Shown here: piece after piece, positions 39,269 to 50,900 of the stretch
Layout of the letters: every line of letters starts with the position of its first letter
How positions within the stretch are numbered: the first letter of the stretch is position 1
Program-made: the position numbers and the translations under genes
Source: Aplysia californica
Lineage: Eukaryota
Length of the DNA: 64,000 bases
NCBI RefSeq assembly: GCF_000002075.1
Contig: NW_004797348.1
Coordinates: 1,399,851 to 1,463,850 of the forward strand
Reading direction: 5' to 3'
Notes under the pieces: generated by a model
Seen by the model: only the letters and a program-made list of their open reading frames with translations
Database searches by the model: none
What the model was told of the DNA's origin: nothing

Positions 39269-41903
39269 CTGATGATGATAAGAGAATGCATTTCCTCAAC
39301 AAAATCTACAGAAAGGTCCAACAAACATACAAATAAACAATACCAAAAAAATACAGAAATCTGAAGTCACTCAAAATCTTGTTACTAGATCAAAACATTA
39401 AGGAGTTCCTTCAGCTTTCTCATAGTCCCAAGCAATGAAAACAAGCCACAACAACTAAAGTATAACTAAAAACTAAAGGAAGTCTACAGCTCAAGTCCAG
39501 TCATCCACGAAGAATTTCTGCTTTCAAACATGATTTGTTTGTTCAAGTAAAAAAAAAAGGAAAAAAACACAGTTTCCATTCAATAAACTGAACTTGAAAA
39601 GCAAAAAATAAACCTTCAAGCCAGAGCAGGCATTTCTTGTCCTACTGACTTGTCAGAATAAAATTTGGCCATTTTTCTTTACATACAAACTGGAATCTAA
39701 CAGTGCCATATTTCAACATCTAATGTTAACTTAATTTACCTGTGAGTGGTGAACTACTTCTTGACAAAGATGAAGACGATAGACTCGACGCCATTGATGA
39801 CCCCTTGGAGTTGGGTGTGAGAATGACTTGTTGAGAAGACTCCTTCTGGGGCTTCATGGGCGACCAGCTTCCATCTTCATGAAATATAATATCTGTGCAG
39901 GATGGAGAGTCTCTAAAGATCTCCACAAAATATCTGAGGACAATGTGCATGACTGATAGAGTTGGGACTGTGAAGGCAGTTTATAAAAATTATTGCTACT
40001 TTTGGTTAAGTCAAGCATTAACATAAAAGTTTGAAACTTTCTTGTCGATACTTGTTCAAGTGCATATTGCTCCATAAACTGTAAAGTCTAGGTTGCAGAG
40101 CTCCACCCACTAGTTCTCATGATGCAAGATATTCTTTCACAATGAAAAGTGTATGCAAGATATTTATAATTCAGTTTTTTCAACATGACTTTAACTTTTC
40201 AAGCCATTGGCCTACTTCTGTTTTGTTTTTTTGCAGCAGGTTTAGTTGGAAATAAGCATACAGTGGCACTTTCATCTTAGCAAATAAGCCGCTATGATGG
40301 CACAAATTCAGCTTGTCTGTAAATGTGCCAACTTTAAAGGGTTAAAGATAACTGTAGCCTAAGCCATTGAATACATAGTCCTGAACAGAAATACATGTAG
40401 CTCAACTGTAAAGGTAACTATGTGCTGCCGAGCGCAGGAGGCAAACATGTTTTTCGACGACAATTTTTTGGTTGGAAACGAATAAGTGATCGCTTTGAAA
40501 GCGCCTTCCCAACTTTGAAATATTTCCATCCTTATTTCTTCTGATATTACCTTAGTTTCTACCTTTCCAAACAAAACCTAATCAACTTCAGGAACTTTTA
40601 AAAATAAAAGTAACAAAAAATATTTCTCAGGATCCTCCCAAAACAATAGTATGGGAGCAAAATAAGTAATTTGGAATCCAGTAGACTACTTAATGAAATG
40701 AATAAGCCAAGCACTTTAGCAGCATTTCTAGACTGGACTAGAAACTCACTGATGACAAAAAAATCTAAACTAATGTAGTCGAAACTAATCTAGTACCATT
40801 CCGTGAGTCAAGTGACTGTCAAAACAACAAATTATTACACTTTTAATTAAAACACTTGACCTTTCTCATTATTTGACCTGGAATAAACAACTAAAACATA
40901 CCCGTCGATGATAAGTTTGTCATAAGGACACTGTCGGTCACAAACTGGACACATCCAAGTTGGCTTCCGCTCATTCATCATGAGAAATGTGGAGGCGTCA
41001 AAACATTGCAGATGCGTGCATGTGCTTGCCCGACATGGAATTTGCATTCTCATTTTTCCCAACTGCAGAAAAAAACACAAAAATGTATTTAACCAATAAT
41101 CACCTCAATGTATTACAGGAAATAAAGAGTACTGGACAGCAGTTGTTTATATGAACATTCAGTTTGACGACAAAACACAACACGCTTTTCTAAATTTGGC
41201 AGATACGAGAACCATCATATCAAGAAAGGAAAGTGACACTCCAGATGCAGCTTCTTTTTTTAACAAAAAGCTATTTTTTCCTCTTTTTAACCCCTTGACT
41301 ACTAACCATATATGTACCCTACATGCTAAGGAAAATTTTAACGTGCATAAGACATCGGTGGTCACAATCTTTAATATATGATTGTTCGTTTATTTTAAGA
41401 GACGGATCGGCAAAACATACCAATAGAAAGATAAATGATGAGAAAAATTTATCCATAGACAGGTACTACATAGAACAAATCTTATCGATGTAAACAACTT
41501 GAAAGTGCTAAGACGAAAAAGCGTTTCAATTCTATGCGCTGCCTCCGTCTCGCATGTGTGTGAGATAAACAAATACACACCTTGCTTTGTTATATTGGTA
41601 ACAAAGCTCGCGCTTCTCACCAAACTACAATCAGTAGCAAGAGAAATGAAGAAATGGATTTATCCATGAACAAGACTCGGGTAGAACAAGCTGTAAGGAT
41701 GTAAACCAGTGTAAAGAACTGAGAAGAGCTTTCTGAGTCGACGAGTCTCATTTCGCACGATGTGTGCTTTGTTACGTGTTGTAGAACCCACCCTTTCCGT
41801 CCAATAGTCTATATAAAGATATGACTTCATGGCTAGAATGACAAGCTTTCATAAAAACCTTTCTTACTACTTCCTTTCTTCTCATGCAATATATATTAAT
41901 TTA

Positions 41904-41943
<40 letters not shown>

Positions 41944-44900
41944 TTTTCATCCAGATATAGGAACAGAACAACTATAATGAAAAAGAAAGTTAAAAGCTTA
42001 TGAAAAATGGCTACAGTCGGAGTTTCAACGCTTCAAGTCACATGTGTCAAGCTCAAGATTGATTCTGGTCAGATATGTGTCAAAAAGATCAGAGTCAGAA
42101 AAATTAAGAGTAAGCCAACAGTAATTACAATTATTTCCAAACTTATCCCTCCCCCCGCCCCAATTTCAGTCAGAATAGTATTTAATTCCATAAGCAACTC
42201 GGCCCACAAATGCCCTTGAAAATAATTACCTGCCTTAAAATATGAGATTTATGTGTAGCATGGTTTCTCATCTTAGATAAACAGATACCTTTTTAAATTC
42301 TTATGTGCAATTAAAGTGGGAAGAGAAAAATCTCAAAGATGAATACAAGATGCCGAATAGAAAAATGTTCTAAGGTAAACAATCTTCAAACAACATCCTA
42401 TGCAGAGGAACTGTCCCTTCAAAACAGGAAGACTCTACAGAGACAAAAAATCCTTAGCCCCAGTAAATAAGACTTCACAATTTAACATACCGGGCACATG
42501 AGTGAGACTCGCAAACTTGTTGTAGCAATTTCGCTGTCTGGGTCCTGAGAAAGTTTTTCTTTGACTGTGGGAAAAAAAGAGGAAGCAAAAGAGTTAAATT
42601 ATTCCATTAACACAAGCAGACACCAATTTTTCATAGCCAAATACTAAAAGAAATTTACCGAATATTCTTGAACATTCTTTTGATATGCTGTTGCAACTTA
42701 CACATCCAGAGATGCCAACCACAGAAAACCGAAATGAGTATTGGGAAATATGAAAATGTGTATTTTCAGGTAAAAATGTGTATTCCCCACGACCGACCGA
42801 CCAACTAGTAATAGTAAAATGTTAAGGGGGTCCAGCAATATTTCCTGAAAAAAAATGACTAGCTCACCAGCTCGAAAAAGGGAGCACACACACGTACAAT
42901 ATACATGTATCCAATCAACAACATGTCAGTGTTCAGTGTCGTACTGGGGTCTTGTTTGACTTATATATTTCAGTCTATTATACCGGTAATATTTTCCTCT
43001 CATTATTATGTAAAAAATAAATCCTGCTTTGAGAGTTCGGAACACGGCGCACCGGCAGTGGAATTTTAGTTGCCGCGGGGTGTTCCCCGCCGGGCGCCTT
43101 ATCACGTCGGGGTCACGGGGGTCAGCTCCCTGTCGCCGCTCTGTCTGGGCCGACTTAATTTTTGGTACTTTTCAACGTACAATTTAAGGTGTATCCTTGT
43201 ATTTATGGTAATTCTCATTTAGTGCACCCAAAGCACGCATTTCTGCTCTTGAGACTAAAAAAAGAACGGACGTTGTAACTTGTCTGGTTATTTCGTTAGA
43301 CGCCCTGGAGTCGGCAATGCTAAATTGTAATTTTTGGGGGACTAGCGTAAATGAAAATAAATCAATATAAAAAAAACGCATCGTCAAAATCTGTCGAACT
43401 TTTGGAATATGAACGACATAACATAAGTGCAGATACTCAGAAAAGATGGTATCTGCGCTTATAATAGAAGGCTGTAATTTTGCAATTTTATCCATCGGGC
43501 ACACAATTCGCTATGAAGTAATTCCTCCAAATACAACTTTATGTGTCTAATATAATCATGAATATTCGCATATTTTCTCGAAAGTTTATAAAAGTTATCA
43601 TGAAGTTTCTCAATGAAAAGTAAAAATCGATTTTAGTGCTAGAATATATCTTCAACGTAGATCTAATACACGAACAGTATCTGTTACACTCCAGAAATTG
43701 CTTACTTTTCTTAAAACGCTAAGTCTAGGTTTTGTAAGTTGACTGAATAATAAGGATGACTTCTCGTAATTGGGTTATAAGAATAATTTCTAGCTTTCCA
43801 GGGACACTGAATCAGCACCAGACTTTTCCAGCTTTTTTTACGTTTCTATGACCATTTGCAATAACTGACAATGTGACTGATTTCTTTACATTCATAATTG
43901 TGTCCGCGCATATTTCCTGCACAAAAACTAAGAATGAATGTTTTAGCTGTCATTATTTTTATTCCATACTAGAAGTTTATCTCTACCCATGTATTTACAC
44001 GGTTTTGTGGTTTTTCAAATCGCTTATATTATATCTTTTTAGTTGTATGCAGGCTGCCACAGACACAGCATGATTCATGAACAAACACAGAGTAACTTTC
44101 TCTTGTTTAATAGTAAAATAAGAGCTAACGCTGATCGTCTTTAGTTAAAATATGCAGATATGCATCTTTCTTCTCTTATAACTTGACTATTACTACTACC
44201 GCAGATTTAAGATTTCTTATGGTAAAAGACATGATATTCGTAGTCAGTTTAACACAGAATTTGGAGAGATCTGTCGTGCCTTTTTTAAAATAACAATCAT
44301 TTATTCATAACTTTGTAACTAAAATAGGACAAATTGGGTACTCTACAAACACTTGTCTAGAACAAAAACTAAGGCACAGAAACTAACCATTCTAACGCAG
44401 AATAAATCTCAAGACATTGAGCTTTTAGTACATTCGCGTAATGGTTTTCTGTGTGGGATGGGGAAGAAGTTATATCGTTTTAAACATAGTCAAAAATGCG
44501 AACTTCCCGACCGACACCGGCAAAGTCGCCTCAGGGCTCATTAACCCCGTGACCCCGAGCCGGGGAGCTCCGGCGGGCTGCTGAGTCACGCGAACTAAAA
44601 GTAACAGAATCGGGCGAAAAGTGACGCCGTGGGAAGGGCCTAGAACAAAAATTTCGACAACCAAGAACCAGTCTGGGTGTCATGATTCATATTATGAACT
44701 GACAGACTCAAATTATTGCTCAAACTCAGAGAAAAGCGATAACTTGAATGACTCAAGTAGACCCATGCACTGTGTTGTTGTTGTTGTTGTTATGTTGTTA
44801 TCGATCCAGCAACAGCTGGGCTCTCGCCCTTCTGTCCAATGCCATGTAGTGATAAGTGCAGGTCTGCTGCAGTTGCTGTAATGTTCCATAGAGTGTGTTG

Positions 44901-47900
44901 TCTATGTTAGGTCTCGGAGAGAGAAGGGTAGCTCTGATGTCATTTAGGGCTGTGCAGTGGAACAGGTGATGCTCCACAGTCTCATATGCATAGTCACACA
45001 AGGGACACATTGGGGGAAGTTCCGGGTTTATTCTGGGATCAAGGACTGGTGATGGGTCTCATTTAAATATTGAGAAATGCCTAAGCGTCTCAAACAGCTT
45101 CTCCCAATCCAGCCAACCGTACCTGCCCGTGGTGGTCCCTGTCCTCACTGACACGGCTCTGGCGAATGGCGAGTTGTTGGCGCCCACAAACCAACCCCCC
45201 CGTTTCCTAGAGGGGTTAAAACAACAGGATGGGAGCAGGTGTGGCCCCACAAGGTGCAGGAGGCAGAACCCACCGATGCGTGGTAGACGCAATGCTCCTC
45301 ACTAACACGCTCCTACTCTCCTTTGAGTGGGTGTCTAATCTGCCTAACACCTCTACTACTTTCATCAACACACCCTCTGTGGCTGAGAAGGTACCAGCCA
45401 GTTTGAGTGTGTCTGGGTGCAGGGGATGGACCGAGCAGAATGCGTGACTTGCTTTCTGGCCGTGAAACCTCTTAGTAAAGGCACAACGACCCAGGACGTG
45501 ACCATCCAATGGCTTCCCCACTTGGCCAATACCTCATGAAAGAGTCGAAAACCTTAGCCAGTAGCCATTGGTGGCGGGGAATGGGCAACGTGAACCCTAC
45601 CGGAATTACACGGTCACAGGGCAGTTAGGTCTTTCCAGTCTCTTGAAAACTCCTAGTACCCTCCTATCCTCAACATGAATGGCCTCTTCTCAGGGTGGGC
45701 AGACAGTCCACAGACACCCCAGTCCACAATGCCATGACACCCATGCACTGTGAGAGTTGTAATAACTGTGGTAGGGCAAGATGTAGTGACACTGAAAATC
45801 TACCTGTCTTGAACAGAAAGCCACAACATACACTGTAGGCTAAGTATAATTTACTATCACCCATCCAATGAAACGCGAACACATTATTTCAATAACACAG
45901 ACTTGCAAAGTTTGAAGGGTCCCGATTCCGCACACGGCCTGCACCAACGCGCGCTTTGCAGAAAGCTCTAATCAAAATTTTGAAATGTGCTTCCAAGTTT
46001 TTGTCCCTCCCCCATAATATCTTAAACCTCCAAAAAATCAATAATCTCCTCCCCTATTCCGTAGTCCTATACTTCGCAAGGCCGTTACTCCCACCAAAGA
46101 CGGTCTTTGCTCACACGATGTCGCATTTATTTATGACACGAATGCGCGCAGGTTCAGTGACCGGTCACGATGGCGAGCCAGAAAAAATCTAAAAATCGGT
46201 CGACGCTTGTATTTTCTTTTCTTTTTTTTCCACAAGTGACAGCACAGAGGCGAGTCCGAGCATTGATTAAATTTTATTTGCACGGCAACCTTGCGTTTAT
46301 ACTGCACAACCTGCATGTCACAAAAGTTGCTTTATTAGACAACTGCTGGCAAACTACTATGTGGTAACGAAAGCGAAAGTAGATCTTGATTTTCCCGATC
46401 GAGCCTTGGTGTCACATACGCTTCTGCCTGCCGCCATAGCTGCCTATTCGCGTGAAAGTGAAACGTACTCTCCAGACAGGGAGAAGCTGAACGAATATAA
46501 TATCACGATCGCGACCGGCAAAAATATACTTACTAACCACACTGGACTTGGTTTTCAAATATTCCAGTTCTGCGATACTGATACTATTTTGACAAAAGAT
46601 GGGACTAGAGATAGGTTTACTCATCCAAGCTGAATCTCGTATTTTTCGCATTCCAAGATGCGTATTTTTTCATGAAAAGTAGTATTCGCACATTTTCCGA
46701 AAAAAATCGTACTAAAATACGTAAAATCGTACTGGTTGGCATCTCTGCACATCTTACACATAAACATGAGAGGAGAGACAATCATTTCAGAACAACACTG
46801 AACTTCAATGCACACGGCTGTAATACTCAAAACTATTTGTGAGGCAGTGTGGTGAAATCAGGCGCTCGTCAATTTAATGAAATTGAATAAACAGGCGATT
46901 TTCCATCAATTTGGCAATTTTTATCAAATTTGTTCTAGGGCTAATCATCTTTAATGTCCATTTAAAAACACATATATCCGTGTTGACTTTACGAAAAACG
47001 TTTAAAGGCGAAGAAAATGTAAATTTCCAGTTTCCCAGGGCTCTCTAGCTATGGAATGCATCAAACTTTGGCAGCCATCTTCTCTGTTTTTAACTCTGAA
47101 ACCAGGCGACCCCCACCACTTTCAATTGTAAATATCTCAACGTCTGATGAAAATAAAGAGTTAATTTTTTCACTGAAAGCAAGACAAATGAACAGGCTCT
47201 AAGATCATACTAATAACTCTACATGCCCAAAAATTAATGAGCGCCTGATTCCACCGCGTCGTGACACAATTATTTCCACAGGTTACAAACGTTTTTTGAA
47301 AACATTAAAATCTACTACTTTCCCAGAACTATCTGCATATCAAAGTTTGGGCTCATACAATCCACCCATCATTTTCTCTACATATAAGCTAGCACCTGAT
47401 AAGTTATCAAAAAGGCAAAAGGGGTAGAGGGGTCTGATTATCTGACTTACCAATGCTTAAGGGTAATAAACATACTGCTCATGTACCCCCACCTTCCCCC
47501 GATCCAACCAGGCCCAAAATTGATTAAACTCAAGCCATTATATACTGTCAATTTGCAACACACCAGCACAACTGCCACATTTCTCTATGCTAACACCAAA
47601 TGAATGAACTTACAAGGTGACGACATTACCAGAATGCTTTCATGTCACCAACCCTCCCCTTTCCAACAGACAACTAGTACCAACAACAGATGACAATTTT
47701 GAGCGCTCCTACCCTTAAGCGTATGATTGGGAAACATACTGTATGAACTTACTTAATGCTTTAGTGTGGTCTGAATGGCGATTACCAAACTGCTTCAGTC
47801 TATGTAACAAGATGTCTGAAGACAGTTTCTTCACAAGGTATATGGACATACAGAAACTCTGTTGGCAGGAAACAAAGAATTAAAGTTACTGAGCATGTCT

Positions 47901-50900
47901 GAACATATAAGCAAGTTACAAAACTGGTGTTAGTAACATTTTTTTAAATGAGAAAAAAATTCAAAACTGACACTGATTGAGTTCAGTGTGGTGCAAAAAC
48001 TTTCATAAGAAAGTATAGCAAATACTGTTTTATTGACAAGTAAGAACCAAACTAAACTTAAAAACCCCAAAATTATTCTTTCTGAGGATATATTTCCATG
48101 TTAGTACAACAGTGTTGTAATCTAAACACTTTCAGCTCCAAAAATGAGGCAATAATTAAAAAGACGGATGCAGGAGAATAATCACAAAATCATAATGTCA
48201 GAACACTTTGATTTCACATTGGCCCATTTTTCCTTTTAAAACTTTAAAGATGAAACTTTCATTCTTACCTAACCTTACATCAGGCATGGGCAAATTTAAG
48301 GCCGCAAGTCGACACAGTAATTAATAATGAATGTGTCCTGCTGTGAATCAATAATCAATAAAAACAAACTGCCTGCCTTGGAAATTAAAATCAATAGTTT
48401 TTCTGGCCCAGCTGAAAGAAATAGGTCCAGTATTTTATCTCAAGAAATGCCCTTAAGTGATGTATGCTATAGTGTCAGTTTTCGTCCCACTTTTGAGAGC
48501 TTAGGTATTTCAACTGATCCTTCACCCAATTTTCTCCTGCTTTGGCCCCCTAGGTATTCATAATTACTTAATTTGGCCCGTAACTTGGACATGTTTGCCC
48601 ATGCCTGCTTAACCCAATAAACCCTGACCTCCTGAGCCCAAAATAATCAGTCCCCTGGCTTCCTGAGAAAAGAAATGCCTACATGGCAACACTCCCCAAG
48701 AACTCTGCATGGTTTCTTTATTCAAACCAATTCCCTCTTCCTTGAGCTGCCTTGATTGCTTTACAATAGTTGCAACGAACCTTGTAAGTCCTTTTGACAT
48801 CATTTTCCCCCTTTTTATCCTTGTATGGACTACTGTTCTAAGGTAGACATGCACACACCTATATATCGGAGCTGCAGGGCAGGGGAAAATAACTCGCACA
48901 CCAATATATCGGTGTCACAGGTTCATTGGGTTGACATTTATGGTGAACCAACTGTGGCCCATTGTACTCATCACAAAATATTCAACGAGAATTTTGTTAA
49001 TCAGCATGTAAAAAACAATGATTAACACACAAAAATTTTAACAAGGGAAAAAATGCTTTCAGCAAAATCAGTAGAACCAAAAGCTCAGAAATACATTCCT
49101 GAATTACTCTTTCAAAACATGTAACAACAACTTGAAGAAACAGCAAAGAGAAACCAGAAAAAAGCTTCCAATCAAGCAAAAGAACAGAACGTTTTGAAAC
49201 AAAGTGATACCACAGCAGCACTTGGAGACCAAGACACATGTATCTGATTTGATTGAGTAGGGCTTAGTCGGCACAATGAAGTTATATCTATAGGGCTGCC
49301 ATACTTTTTTGGTGGAGCTTTATTATGCAACGGCACAGGTTTCGACTGAAATAGTGAGAAAAAAAATAGCAGAATCATAGACAAGTGACAGTGTGAGGTC
49401 ATGAGTACATACCCGAGTGAAGTCAGTGGCCCAAGAGACAGTGATGGCATTGGACACAGTCGGGGACAATCGACAAAGACTCGTGATATCTACAGGTCTC
49501 CCTGGTCGCTTTGGCTCTACATTGGGCTTATTTGTTGGGATTACATTCTGCAATTATTCAAGAAATAATACAGGGACTTACAGATTTCTCTCAAGGAGAG
49601 CAACCATGGTCTGGTCTTTCCCAACCTATTCACAGATATGGCCTTGCAAATGCAATAGCACATTATTTCATCATTTCTATGAATACCTAAAAAGTTCTGT
49701 AGATGCAGTCATATTACACTAACAAATAATGTAGAATAACAGAAAAGTTCTGCTACATGCTCTTTGTACAAGTCTTCTTATGTGTGAATTTCTGTGTATG
49801 TGAAAGCATGTGTGGTGGTGACAGTTGAGCTGAGCTGTCGAGGAAATGCTTGAAAGCACTGTCAAATATCTGTTTTATAAATACAAGCAGCACATGTTAC
49901 TATCACAATCACTCTATTCTTAATTTACAACAAATCTGTTGGAACACCTTTTCTTTATCAATCAAGTATAATCTAATTCAAACATTACAAAACTAGTATT
50001 TCAGATAAGTATGGACCATAACATTACCGGCAACGTTGCTGGCTTATTGTTCACACGGACTTGTATCTGTGAGGGGAACGTGTCAGCCTGTTCACATGTC
50101 GTCTCCAACAGACAGAAACGCACTTGAACCTGCACTGTGTACTCACACTTGGCCCCAGGCCGGAAATCCCTGAAAGAAAAAGAAAAAAACTTATGAAGAC
50201 AGTTTCTAACTTAGGTAAAATATTTTTACAGTTTTTGGGCATAGGTGTAGTCATGGACTGGGTCTACACATATTTACATTTTCCAGTAATGTTCAGTGTG
50301 GCCAATTGGGTCAACTTTAGCCAGGAATAGTCGGTTCAGAGAGCATACAGAAAAAATAAAAGCAATGACCTTTAATTGCCCTCAACTGATTTTCATAATA
50401 TATGCAGGAACAACTTCGGACATGTCAAATGTTATCTATTCTGACAAAAATGTTGAGTATCAGCACGAGGAGCCTCCATTATAGTTGCCATATTTCACAA
50501 CAATTGTTTTAATCAGAAAATCCTAATTAACAAAACCTGGAAAGGGTAAGGTGAGAGTGGCCCTCTACTAACCTGGACATGGTGATGTCCTGGGCTTGTT
50601 GTGGGGTTAGATGAAACACAAATATCGTCTCCTGCATTCTGCTGCTGGTTTTTGGAACTGGTGGGAGTAAAAAAACAAAAATATCATCACTGAAGTACTC
50701 AAAAACATTCCAATAAATTATCAACATTCATTTAACTTCATCTACTAAAGAGGGCCAAAAAAAGTACATACAGCACATATGTATTTTATCCCCTTTGTTG
50801 TTCAAAGACAAACAGTGTTTAACCTTCGACATCCATGGAGCATTATCTCTAAAGCAAAGGCATTATCAAGTCTGCCAACATAATATGGCATGATATGAAA

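Noticed and set aside
40744-40808. Hammerhead-like CTGATGA...GAAAC with a possible helix III (ACTA/TAGT) and GTA triplet
   Set aside because: Helix II does not pair and helix I is out of register; at most a dead Penelope-type remnant.
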